NCBI GenBank assembly: GCA_000437555.1
Contig: FR901028.1
Coordinates: forward strand, 128,893 to 192,892
Direction of reading: 5' to 3'
DNA: 64,000 nucleotides
Source of the DNA: Acidaminococcus sp. CAG:917
Lineage (GTDB): Bacteria > Bacillota > Clostridia > Christensenellales > CAG-917
The translations under genes and the position numbers were made by a program. Within the stretch, counting starts at the first letter, position 1; every line of letters begins with the position of its first letter. Of this stretch, positions 19,836-29,082 are shown piece by piece. Under the pieces are notes generated by a model. That model searched no databases. It saw only the letters and a program-made list of their open reading frames with translations, and had not been told where the DNA came from.

Positions 19836-20591
19836 ATGCTTTACTCTGTTTCGGCGTTTAATTTAGCGGACGGCGCAATTTTATTGGTGCTTGTGCTCGC
19901 TCTTATCCGGGGCATAAGAAAGGGGCTAAGCGAATCCCTCAGCGGATTCGTTTTTAACCTGCTTTTGCTTGTCGCCGCCCTGTATCTTGCGAGCGTCTGC
20001 ACAAATCCGCTGCTTGACACGCCGACGGGACAAAAGCTTTACGAAGCGGTTTACGGTTGGTCGGAAAGCTGGGGAACGGAATTCACTTCTCCTGTGTTTT
20101 TCAACAACGGAACTCCGTTTATCTACAATGAAGCGGGAGAGGCGATAGAGCTGAGAGCCGCCGCCTCGAACAGCATTTTGGGAATGATTCTCGGCTTTTT
20201 GGCTCCGAAACTTTTGCCTGCCGAGGGCGGAGCGTCACTTGCGGACGCCATAGTCCCAAACTTTGTGGCAATAGTTTTCGCATTGGGACTGTTTATCGTG
20301 TTTTTCATAATTTTGAAGATTATCTTCAAAATAGTAGAAAAACTTGCCGAAAAATTCGAGGACGCGCCAAAACTCAAGTGGCTTGACAAGCTTTTGGGCG
20401 TTATCGTTTCAATGATTTTGGGATATGCCTTTGCCCTCTTCGTGTTCGGATTTTTGGGCATATTCGAAAACTTTTCGTTTATGGCGTCGGCGGTAAGTTA
20501 TATCGAAAATTCGGCATTTGCTTCCGCTATATGGACAAACAATCCCATACGGTTGCTGTTTATCAATATGTTCGGCGCACCGGGCGCATAG
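19836..20591 (+). CDS. cvpA: CvpA-family membrane protein
   Basis: 251 aa with 4-5 TM segments. The N-terminus (NLADGAILLVLVLALIRGIRKGL) is typical of CvpA. RBS AAGGAG. Confidence 0.65.
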   Translation: MLYSVSAFNLADGAILLVLVLALIRGIRKGLSESLSGFVFNLLLLVAALYLASVCTNPLLDTPTGQKLYEAVYGWSESWGTEFTSPVFFNNGTPFIYNEAGEAIELRAAASNSILGMILGFLAPKLLPAEGGASLADAIVPNFVAIVFALGLFIVFFIILKIIFKIVEKLAEKFEDAPKLKWLDKLLGVIVSMILGYAFALFVFGFLGIFENFSFMASAVSYIENSAFASAIWTNNPIRLLFINMFGAPGA

Positions 20592-20629
20592 ACTTTTGCA
20601 GTAAAATTCTGAAATAAGGGGTATGGCTT

Positions 20630-23600
20630 ATGGATAGTAAAAAAACAAAGACTGAAAATACAAAGCCGGAAAAAGAAAAGAAAAAGAAAAAGGAAAAAAG
20701 AGGCTGCAAAGGCTGTCTTAAAGATATGTTTGTGCTCATCGTCGGAATGATAACGGGCATAATCGTTTTTGTCGCGGCGGTTGTGGGAACCGTTTACGTT
20801 GCCCTTACGGCGGTTTCGGTAAAAGATTTGCAACAGACTTTCGGCGTAGAGCTTGTCCCCGAAGACAATGCCGAACTTTTGAATAAAAATATGCTTCAGC
20901 TTGTCCAGGAAGTTATCGGTATGGCGTCCGACATATCGAACGTTTCGATAGACGACATTCTCGATACTTTCAATCTTCCCATACCCAACGAGATTGAAGG
21001 CATTGACATAACGCCTCTGTTCAAGTATCCGATTTTTGAAATCCCCAATCACGTTTCGGAAGTTACGAGCAACATAACAATAGACACGATAGCGAGACTT
21101 GCCAATATCGATTTGGCTTCCTATAACATTCCCCTTCTTTTAAAACTCGAAGACGAAACGATCGAAAATGCCGCAGATGTTTTGCTCAAAAAGATGAACG
21201 GCAACATATCCTTGAGATTGCTTGAAGACGATTTCGGCATAGAGATTGAGGGAGAGAATTCCGTTTTGGAAAACGTGCAGGACGTCATAATCGGCGAACT
21301 CGGCGGAGTGCTCGACTATTTGACGTTATCGGACATAATCGATATAGATTCTGATAAATTTATTTCTATCGAAGATACCGCCCTCTATTACTACGTGGGC
21401 GATAAAACGCAGTCGTATATTCAGATAGACAATCTTTCACAGTCTAACCCCTATTCCGAAAAATCGATATTTAAAGCGGACGAAGCGAGCGGTGTTTTGG
21501 ACAGGCGCGAAGTTTTGTATATCCGCCAAAAAGACAGTGACGGTGCATACGTGCTTGACAAATACGGAAACTACGTATATACCGTCGCAAACGATTTCTA
21601 CTTCATAGACCAATCGACTCAAACGCAGTTCGGAGCATACGTCAAAAACGAATCCGGCGAATTTGTTTTGGACGAAACCTTGGACGGAGAAATTTATTAT
21701 CGCCATATCGAATACGTCCCGTGCGACCTCGTTGCGGATATGCCGGAATTTTCGTCAATCGACGTTAAATACGTAAAAGCTTATATTAACCATTTTACTT
21801 TGCAAAACGGAAATTATCTTCCCGAAGCTTTCGGATATTTTGAAGTTTACAGAGGAGGCTTCCTCATAGGAACAAGCACAACGGGAAACGTCCCGTCGTC
21901 TGCTTCTGAATTTGTTCCGATAAACTCTCTTGACGAACTTAACGGACAGGACAAATTTTATTACAGCGATTTTAACACGCTGTCATACAGAGAGCTTACG
22001 GCATACGGAATAGACTACGGCACGGCAGACAGTCCAGTTGTTCCAGACGCAAACAGCTCTCTTTCGTCGCAAAAGAGCGGATATCTAAAGGCACATACGG
22101 GCACAAGCAACAAAACTTTGCAAGCGGTCTCGAGAATACAAATAAAAAATCTGTCCGATATCATTGACAAGGTTAAAACGTTAAAAGTGGGCGAACTCAT
22201 TGACGTATACGAAACGGCGACTCCCGAACACGAAAAAAGTCCGCAGTTTTTAATCGAACTGAAAGACACTCCGCTCTCCGATTTATCGCAGGCAATAAAC
22301 GGACTGACTCTGTCCGCTTTCATTGAGATAGATTCAACAAGTCCGAAACTTTTGCAGGCTCTTAAAGACAGCTCCCTTTCGACCATAGAGACCGACATAG
22401 CAAACGTTTGTCTTGCCGACATCATTGAAATTGATTCGTCGTCAAATGCGCTTCTCAAAAAAATCGCTTATACCGCAATAACGGATATGAGCAACGCAAT
22501 AAGCAGTCTGTTTAACGATATAGTTTTAAATGACGTGTTAAATTTAAATCTTTATTCCGCTTTCGTTTCCGATGCGGTGGGAGAATACGCTTTACTTGAA
22601 TTCAAAAACAAATTTATTCCTTTCGACAGAGGCGACTACGTTCTGGAAAACGGCAATTACGTTTACTATGACTCTAAAAATCCCGACCATGCTTTGCTTC
22701 AACGCTATGAAAGAGGTTATGCCTATATACCGTCAGACAGCGGAAATTATGTTTACAACGTCTATGACGAAACGGGCAATCCATACGTCTTTTACGACCT
22801 TAACAATTCCGCCATGCCATCGGTTGCCGATTCTATCGCCGCAGGCAATATGTATTATTTTGACGTAACTAATTTAGCTTCGCCTTACACGCAAATAACT
22901 TCCGAGGACGAATTTAACAACGTGTCTAAACTTTATCCGAAAATGCTTAAAGGTTATACCGGCTTTATCAAAAAGCCGTCGGGATATTCGGGAAGCTCAA
23001 TTAGTTTTACAAAGGTTTATGCCGACGACGTGCTCTTGGCTACCTCGACTGCAAGCGGAACCTACGTCATAAAATATAACGAGCTTACAAATATAGGCAC
23101 TGTTAAAGACGCCGACGACATAAACTATATTCCCGTTCGTTATTACGACAAAGCGGAACTTAAAGACACGCTTTATTATTCTCAGAACGGCACGGATTTT
23201 GTCGTTTACAGCGAAGCCGAGCACGGCGCAATGAGCACCGTATTTGACAACCTATATATCTGCCCGTCAAGCGTGAACGGACTATACACCTTTGACGGAG
23301 TAACATATAGCGAATATTTCGGTGATAAAACTGCCGACAATCTTTATGTTTTCGTAAAAGATTCTGCGGCGTTTGATACGTATTCGGGCGATTATTTCGT
23401 AAGATTTTCAGGTGCGGTGCTCGATGAGGACGGCTCTATGTCGGGACAGCATTATCAAAAAATTTATGCGGCTACCGTCGATTCGTCCGTCGCTGCCATG
23501 ATTCAGACCGCTCAGCTCACCTACCCGGATATCGTCGACGACGCCAATATAAGCTCGTTTGAGTTTGTCTCATATCAGACGGACGAAAACGGAGTTATAG

Positions 23601-23932
23601 AAAAAAGCCAAAACCTATTGATTGCTTTAAACAATAAACCGCTTTCGTCTTTAAACGACTCTTTTAAAAATATGACGCTCGGTGATTTGATTTCCGAATC
23701 GCCTGACACTTTCTTCAGTGGAACTATAATGAACTCCACTTTAAGCGACCTCGGAACCGTATTGACGGAAAAACTGTCTTCCGCTACTATGGGTGATATC
23801 ATCACCTGGTCGGGGATTGCCGTTGAACCTGCAATCGAACTTGCTCTTAACGACATAACCTTGGTTGACTTTTTCGACAGACTGACGATAACCGTCGTAA
23901 ACGGCAAACCTTTTATAGGCTTTGAACTGTAA
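20630..23932 (+). CDS. Large (1100 aa) N-terminally anchored protein of unknown function
   Basis: Uninterrupted ORF with RBS AAGGGG. Lys-rich cytoplasmic N-terminus, a single TM (FVLIVGMITGIIVFVAAVVGTVYVAL), then about 1040 aa with recurring L-S/G-D-I/L-I and GNYVY motifs. No family recognised. Confidence 0.8.
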   Translation: MDSKKTKTENTKPEKEKKKKKEKRGCKGCLKDMFVLIVGMITGIIVFVAAVVGTVYVALTAVSVKDLQQTFGVELVPEDNAELLNKNMLQLVQEVIGMASDISNVSIDDILDTFNLPIPNEIEGIDITPLFKYPIFEIPNHVSEVTSNITIDTIARLANIDLASYNIPLLLKLEDETIENAADVLLKKMNGNISLRLLEDDFGIEIEGENSVLENVQDVIIGELGGVLDYLTLSDIIDIDSDKFISIEDTALYYYVGDKTQSYIQIDNLSQSNPYSEKSIFKADEASGVLDRREVLYIRQKDSDGAYVLDKYGNYVYTVANDFYFIDQSTQTQFGAYVKNESGEFVLDETLDGEIYYRHIEYVPCDLVADMPEFSSIDVKYVKAYINHFTLQNGNYLPEAFGYFEVYRGGFLIGTSTTGNVPSSASEFVPINSLDELNGQDKFYYSDFNTLSYRELTAYGIDYGTADSPVVPDANSSLSSQKSGYLKAHTGTSNKTLQAVSRIQIKNLSDIIDKVKTLKVGELIDVYETATPEHEKSPQFLIELKDTPLSDLSQAINGLTLSAFIEIDSTSPKLLQALKDSSLSTIETDIANVCLADIIEIDSSSNALLKKIAYTAITDMSNAISSLFNDIVLNDVLNLNLYSAFVSDAVGEYALLEFKNKFIPFDRGDYVLENGNYVYYDSKNPDHALLQRYERGYAYIPSDSGNYVYNVYDETGNPYVFYDLNNSAMPSVADSIAAGNMYYFDVTNLASPYTQITSEDEFNNVSKLYPKMLKGYTGFIKKPSGYSGSSISFTKVYADDVLLATSTASGTYVIKYNELTNIGTVKDADDINYIPVRYYDKAELKDTLYYSQNGTDFVVYSEAEHGAMSTVFDNLYICPSSVNGLYTFDGVTYSEYFGDKTADNLYVFVKDSAAFDTYSGDYFVRFSGAVLDEDGSMSGQHYQKIYAATVDSSVAAMIQTAQLTYPDIVDDANISSFEFVSYQTDENGVIEKSQNLLIALNNKPLSSLNDSFKNMTLGDLISESPDTFFSGTIMNSTLSDLGTVLTEKLSSATMGDIITWSGIAVEPAIELALNDITLVDFFDRLTITVVNGKPFIGFEL

Positions 23933-24097
23933 AAAATATTTATCTCTAACGTAATTTTGATATTTTGCGTTAAAAAATATGCTCAATGCCGTTTTTAGAG
24001 GCTTTTAAACTTAATATAAATATGAAAACAAAATGTTTGAAGTTTTCAAAAGTATATGCCTTTTAGGTTATTACTTATGAAAGAAGGTAAAAAATAA

Positions 24098-24652
24098 ATG
24101 CAGATAAGAAAATATAAACAATCCGATTTTGAAAAAGTAAGACAGATTTGTTTTGAAACGGCGGTTGGCAGACAGTTTCAGATTAACAAAGAACTTGTAT
24201 GCACACTGTTTTGCGATTATTATCTTACTTATGAAAGCGATAACTGCTTTATTCTTTCCGCGGAAAACGACGAAGCCGTAGGATATGTAATTTGTGCCGA
24301 AAATTTTGACGAATACATAAACAGGTATTTTGAAAAATATTTTAAAAAAGTAAAATCACTGTCTAAAAGAGAAGCATTTATCAAAAAATGCGAAAAGTTT
24401 TTTTATAAAAAAATTTCAAAATCATATCCTGCTCACATTCATATTGACATTTTAGAAGAATACAGAGGAAAAGGCTACGGTAAAGGTCTTATAAGAAAGC
24501 TTATCGACAGCTTAAAATCCAAAGGCGTAAAAGGAATTTATCTTACCGTGGATACAAAAAACAAAAAGGCGATAAAGTTTTACTATAAACTCGGTTTCTC
24601 AAAATTAAAATCCATCTTTGGTAAAGCCCTGATTATGTGTAAAAAACTTTAG
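24098..24652 (+). CDS. GNAT-family acetyltransferase
   Basis: 184 aa. The Q/RxxGxG/A-type motif YRGKGYGKGL and a GNAT C-terminal beta strand (KAIKFYYKLGF). Noticeably AT-rich codon usage. Confidence 0.75.
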   Translation: MQIRKYKQSDFEKVRQICFETAVGRQFQINKELVCTLFCDYYLTYESDNCFILSAENDEAVGYVICAENFDEYINRYFEKYFKKVKSLSKREAFIKKCEKFFYKKISKSYPAHIHIDILEEYRGKGYGKGLIRKLIDSLKSKGVKGIYLTVDTKNKKAIKFYYKLGFSKLKSIFGKALIMCKKL

Positions 24653-24752
24653 TTAAACTCAACGTTTTTATTGTGTTTATAATCTACCGTTTTTTATCCT
24701 TTAACTTTTTATAAATTATAAATTGCATATTTATAAATTAAAGATTTAAAAC

Positions 24753-24900
24753 AAACTAATAATTAAAACCAAACTAATATTTAATAATGAATTAATATTT
24801 AATATGAGCTAATATTTAATATGAACTAATAATTAATATGAACTAATATTTATTTAATTTTAAACTAATATTTCAGAAAATCACCTAATATTTTAATAAA
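24753..24900. repeat. AT-rich tandem array: 8 copies of core CTAATAWTT at 17-21-bp spacing
   Basis: The units read: aaaCTAATAATTaaaacc, aaaCTAATATTTaataatg, aatTAATATTTaatatg, agCTAATATTTaatatg, aaCTAATAATTaatatg, aaCTAATATTTatttaatttt, aaaCTAATATTTcagaaaatc, acCTAATATTTtaataaataaa. Confidence 0.8.
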
Positions 24901-24902
24901 TA

Positions 24903-24932
24903 AAATCCGCCGAAAATTCGACGGATTTTTAA
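24903..24932. terminator. Bidirectional hairpin terminator (downstream of dnaN; distal to the GNAT gene)
   Basis: AAATCCGCCG-aaaatt-CGACGGATTT stem (9 of 10 bp paired), with T-runs on both strands. Confidence 0.7.
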
Positions 24933-24979
24933 TTTTTCTATTTTAAAACAATTAAATTTAAGCTTTGTTTTTTATTAAT

Positions 24980-26086
24980 TTATTTGTTATACATAACTCT
25001 GAGCGGCAAAATGAGATAAAGCCAATTTTTTTCCTGTCCTTTTATAATTCCCGGAGCAGACGGAGTCGTAAAATTCAGCGTTATATATTGGTCGGATATG
25101 GCTCTCATCGCGTCGGTTATATACTTACTGTTAAAGGCTATCATCATATCTTTGCCTTTTAAAGATATTTGGACTTTTTCGTTTACTTCGCCCGTGTTTG
25201 ATTCCGCCTTTAAAAGTATGACGTCTTCCTTTATTTCCATTTTCACGTAACTCTTTTTCTCGTTTCTTGAAATAAGGGACACTCTTTCGATTGCGTTTTC
25301 AAATTGTTTTTTATCGACTACTACTTCCGTTGTAAATTCTTCGGGAATAATTTTTTCATAAGCCAAAAACTCATCGTTTATGAGCCTTGTAACTATTTTC
25401 GTTCCGCTAAGCTCCAACATAAGATAATGCTTTTCAAAAGTCAGAGTTATTGTTTCTTCCGTATCGTCAATAAGTCTGCTCATTTCAAGCAAAGATTTTG
25501 AAGGAACTACTATCTGCTCTTTTTCAACGCTGTTTTCCATGGGAATCTGAGCGAGAGCAAGCCTGTAACCGTCAGAGGCGACTCCTTCCAATATGTTTTC
25601 TTTTATGTTTAAACAACATCCTTTAAGCGGAGGTCTGCTTTCATCTGTCGCAACGTTAAAAATTATCTTGTTTATTAAATCTTTAAATGCGAGTTTATCT
25701 ATTTTTATGGATTTTTCCTGACTTACCGATTTAAGCTCAGGATAATCTTCAAAATCGAGACATGCAAATGAAACGTCGCTGTCGAGATATTTTAATTTGA
25801 GCTTATTTTTATTTGTTCCGTCAAGCTCTATTTTTTCTTCTTCAATCTTTTTGCAGTATTCCGCAAAAATTTTACCGGGCACTATTATTTCGCCTTCAAT
25901 CAGAACTTCAGCCTTTATTTTCTTTTCAATCCAAAGCTCGAGGTCGGTTGCAAGAAGCGTGAGTTCGTCACCTTTAGCGGTGAGCTTTACGCAATCCAAA
26001 ACAGGATTCATTCTTTTTAAAGGCAAAGCCTTAATTACTTTTGAAACCGCATCGCTAAGCTCTATTCCCTCGCATTTGATTTTCAT
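24980..26086 (-). CDS. dnaN: DNA polymerase III beta sliding clamp
   Basis: 368 aa. N-terminus MKIKCEGIELSDAVSKVIKALP...NPVLDCVKLTAKGDELTLLATDLE. RBS AAGGAGAG. Immediately downstream of dnaA. Confidence 0.95.
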   Translation of the reverse strand: MKIKCEGIELSDAVSKVIKALPLKRMNPVLDCVKLTAKGDELTLLATDLELWIEKKIKAEVLIEGEIIVPGKIFAEYCKKIEEEKIELDGTNKNKLKLKYLDSDVSFACLDFEDYPELKSVSQEKSIKIDKLAFKDLINKIIFNVATDESRPPLKGCCLNIKENILEGVASDGYRLALAQIPMENSVEKEQIVVPSKSLLEMSRLIDDTEETITLTFEKHYLMLELSGTKIVTRLINDEFLAYEKIIPEEFTTEVVVDKKQFENAIERVSLISRNEKKSYVKMEIKEDVILLKAESNTGEVNEKVQISLKGKDMMIAFNSKYITDAMRAISDQYITLNFTTPSAPGIIKGQEKNWLYLILPLRVMYNK

Positions 26087-26152
26087 TTTCGCTCTCCTTT
26101 GTTGTTTAATATATTTTTTAAATTATTACTATTATTATTATCCCTGTTTATA

Positions 26153-26273
26153 AGTGGATAAATTTTTTATAACACAATATTTAGAAACTAACAATATTAA
26201 AAATCAAAATATAGTGTTTTTTTAATTAATTTTGTGTTGATAACTTTTTTTTATTTTCCACAAAATATCAACA
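26153..26273. promoter_or_regulatory. DnaA-box-like 9-mers in the dnaA-dnaN intergenic region
   Basis: Boxes versus consensus TTATCCACA: AGTGGATAA 26153-26161 (1 mismatch), TGTTGATAA 26235-26243 (1 mismatch), TTTTCCACA 26254-26262 (1 mismatch), ATATCAACA 26265-26273 (2 mismatches). Confidence 0.55.
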
Positions 26274-26292
26274 AAATAAAAAGTTTTCAACA

Positions 26293-27666
26293 TTACTTAT
26301 TTAAAAGCGAATTTTTTATATCCGTAACTATAATCCTCATGCGCGGATTCTTTTTTATTTCTTCGGTTATTTTATCTCTTGCGTGCATAACGGTTGTATG
26401 GTCTCTTCCCCCGAAAATTTTTCCTATGGAAACTAAGGGAACACCGAGCATGTTATCCATAAGATACATTGCTATCATTCTCGGTTCGACGATAGACTTT
26501 GTTCTGCTGCTTCCCGTGATGTCTTGATTTGTGATGTTAAAATAATTGCAAACGGCGCTTATTATATCGCTCTCTTCTATTTTTTCTTTTTTATCCTCGA
26601 TAAAATCAGAGAGAGCCTCTTTTGCTATATCGACAGTATCGACGGTATGATTTGTAAGAGAACTGTAAAAAATTATTTTGTTTAAAAGACCTTCCATCTC
26701 TCTGATGTTAGAGGTTGATTTTTCTGCGATATATTCCGCCACTTCGTCGGAAAGGTTAAATTTTTCTCTGACCGCTTTGTTTTTCAATATGGCGATTTTT
26801 GTTTCCATATTTGGGGGTTGAATATCAACGGTAAGACCCCAAGAGAACCTTGTCCTTAACCTGTCGTTGAGTTTTTGAAGGTCGCTCGGGGAACAGTCCG
26901 CGGTTAATACTATTTGTTTTTGATTTTGATAAAGGTCGTTGAAGATATGAAAAAACGCTTCCTGAATACCTTCCTTTCCCGATATAAACTGAATATCGTC
27001 AATCATAAGTAAATCGACCTTGCGATATTTTTCTCTGAAATCGTTAGAAGAATTTTTATTTTCGTTTGAAGACCTTATCGAATTTATAAGTTCGTTTATA
27101 AAAGTTTCTGAATTGACGTATAAGATTTTAGCTCTTTGGTTTGTTTTTGTGATATGATTTCCGATTGCGTGCAAAAGGTGCGTTTTTCCGAGACCTGCCG
27201 AGGAATATATAAACAAGGGATTATATTTTCCGCCGAGGTCGTCGCAAATTGCTTTTGCCGCTTCTAAGGCAAACTCATTGCTTTTTCCTTTTACGAAATT
27301 ATCGAAAGTATATCTTTCCAAAAATTTCATAGTCTCAAAATCGTCATCGGTTTGACCTTTTACAATCAATCCCTCGTCTTCGATAAAACTGTCTTGTTTT
27401 TTTATATATTCTTCTTTATCCGTATCGAGAATAATTTCAACGTTTGTTATCATCGGATTTATTGAGGTAACGGTTTTTTTTATCGTCTTGAGATATTGAT
27501 TTTCGATAGTCTTTTTGGACATATTGGAAATAGTAGACAAAATGAGCGAATTTTTTACAAAACAAACAGGCTCGAGTTTATCTATCCACACGTCAAAGCT
27601 TATTGAATTTAAAACTTTGGATAATTCCGACTTTGCGTCGTTCCAAAAAGAATCGATATTTATCAT
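26293..27666 (-). CDS. dnaA: Chromosomal replication initiator protein DnaA
   Basis: 457 aa. Walker A SSAGLGKTHLLHAIG, Walker B LLMIDDIQF, sensor/arginine-finger region, and the domain IV DnaA signature (IGKIFGGRDHTTVMHA). Confidence 0.95.
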   Translation of the reverse strand: MINIDSFWNDAKSELSKVLNSISFDVWIDKLEPVCFVKNSLILSTISNMSKKTIENQYLKTIKKTVTSINPMITNVEIILDTDKEEYIKKQDSFIEDEGLIVKGQTDDDFETMKFLERYTFDNFVKGKSNEFALEAAKAICDDLGGKYNPLFIYSSAGLGKTHLLHAIGNHITKTNQRAKILYVNSETFINELINSIRSSNENKNSSNDFREKYRKVDLLMIDDIQFISGKEGIQEAFFHIFNDLYQNQKQIVLTADCSPSDLQKLNDRLRTRFSWGLTVDIQPPNMETKIAILKNKAVREKFNLSDEVAEYIAEKSTSNIREMEGLLNKIIFYSSLTNHTVDTVDIAKEALSDFIEDKKEKIEESDIISAVCNYFNITNQDITGSSRTKSIVEPRMIAMYLMDNMLGVPLVSIGKIFGGRDHTTVMHARDKITEEIKKNPRMRIIVTDIKNSLLNK

Positions 27667-27673
27667 AGATTAT

Positions 27674-27702
27674 ATTATAACTAAACCAAAAGAATTTTTC
27701 AA
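27674..27702 (-). promoter_or_regulatory. dnaA promoter TTGAAA-17-TATAAT ending 7 nt before the ATG (no SD)
   Basis: The minus strand reads cgTTGAAAaattcttttggtttagtTATAATataatctATG. Confidence 0.55.
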
Positions 27703-27784
27703 CGAATATCGTATTATTTTTATTTTTTTACAATATATGCTTTTTTGGTAATTTTTCATTTTAAAAGATAAAAACTATATTTGT

Positions 27785-27813
27785 TTGTAATATTTTAACT
27801 TTTAATATATAAT
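27785..27813 (+). promoter_or_regulatory. recF promoter TTGTAA-17-TATAAT ending 6 nt before the ATG (no SD)
   Basis: -35 at 27785-27790 and -10 at 27808-27813, then ttgagt and ATG 27820. Confidence 0.5.
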
Positions 27814-27819
27814 TTGAGT

Positions 27820-28887
27820 ATGCAAATCAAAAAACTTTACCTTAAAAATTTCAGAAATTATTCCGAAGAAACGGTAGAATTTTCCGACGGATTAAACGTT
27901 TTATACGGAGCTAACGCAGCGGGAAAAACAAATATGCTTGAGGCTGTTTATCTGACGAGCATAGCCAAAACTCCGAGAACGACAAAGGAAAAAGAACTCG
28001 TTTTGGAAGGTGAAAAATATGCCGTGGTAAAGGTTTTGGTGGAAAACAATTTTCGCAGTCATAAGGTGGAAATAATAATCGACGATAAGGGTAAAAAGAG
28101 AATTTTGGTGGATTCTCTGCCTATCAACAGAGCGGGAGAGTTAATAGGAGTCGTTGCCGTTGTTTTTTTCTCGCCCGACGAAATGAAGCTTGTCAAAGAA
28201 TCTCCGGACTACCGTCGCAGATTTTTGGACATATCCTTATCACAGCAACAAAAAGAGTATTTTAACGCTCTTGTGAAATATAATAAAATTTTAAAACAGC
28301 GCAACAATCTTTTAAAAAGCGACTATGACGATATGGACGCTATGCTGGACGTTTACGACGTTCAACTCTCAGACGTAGGTCTTGTCATTTTGGATAAAAG
28401 AAGGGAGTTTGTAAACACTCTCAAAACTTATGCTTTAAAAACGCATAAATTTTTGAGCGATAACGGCGAAACTTTGGAAGTTGAATACGAAACAGAATTG
28501 ACAAAAGATAACTTTTTAAAGCTTTTAAAGAAAAACAGAGAGAAAGATAAAAAACTGTCGTTTACCACGGTAGGTCCTCATCGCGACGATTTAAAACTTA
28601 TCGTAAACGGAAAGGACGCCAGAAAATTTGCGTCGCAAGGTCAGCAAAGAAGCATAGCCCTTTCTTTAAAGTTTGCCGAATTAGAGCTGTATAAAATCGA
28701 AACGGGCGAAAAAGCCGTTTTGCTTTTGGACGACGTGCTAAGCGAATTAGACGTGAAACGCAGAACTCAGCTTTTAGAGCTTTCAAAGGAATATCAAACA
28801 ATTCTCACCTGCACCGAGTTTGACAGTTATGAAAAGGCGGTAAAATTTAAAATTGAAAACGGAAAGATAATAAAAAGAGAATATTAA
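27820..28887 (+). CDS. recF: DNA replication and repair protein RecF
   Basis: MQIKKLYLKNFRNY, Walker A GANAAGKTNMLEA, signature-like SQGQQRS, and Walker B LLLDDVLSELD. ATG 27820 is preferred over the track's TTG at 27814. Confidence 0.9.
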   Translation: MQIKKLYLKNFRNYSEETVEFSDGLNVLYGANAAGKTNMLEAVYLTSIAKTPRTTKEKELVLEGEKYAVVKVLVENNFRSHKVEIIIDDKGKKRILVDSLPINRAGELIGVVAVVFFSPDEMKLVKESPDYRRRFLDISLSQQQKEYFNALVKYNKILKQRNNLLKSDYDDMDAMLDVYDVQLSDVGLVILDKRREFVNTLKTYALKTHKFLSDNGETLEVEYETELTKDNFLKLLKKNREKDKKLSFTTVGPHRDDLKLIVNGKDARKFASQGQQRSIALSLKFAELELYKIETGEKAVLLLDDVLSELDVKRRTQLLELSKEYQTILTCTEFDSYEKAVKFKIENGKIIKREY

Positions 28888-28983
28888 AATTTTAAAACGA
28901 CCTGTTAAATATTTTTTTAACAAGTTAAATATTTTTTAAGCCTTTAAATTTTAAAATAATGCATTAAAAACGGAAAAAAACAA

Positions 28984-29010
28984 AAAAGCCGCATTCGGCT
29001 TTTTATTTTA
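28984..29010 (+). terminator. Terminator after recF
   Basis: AAAAGCCG-catt-CGGCTTTT stem, then TATTTT. Confidence 0.7.
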
Positions 29011-29082
29011 TCGAAATTGACAAAACAGAGAAACAGAAGAAAAATCGTCAATATTTATTAAATTGCATCTGTTATCTATCAA

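Noticed and set aside
24753-24900. Considered as a CRISPR array
   Set aside because: The units are about 17 bp and directly abutting, with no unique spacers. There is no leader or repeat-spacer structure and no cas genes in the window.
28905-28945. Direct repeat GTTAAATATTTTTT(T)AA twice downstream of recF
   Set aside because: It is a short AT-rich duplication in an intergenic spacer with no associated feature, so it is likely to be slippage.
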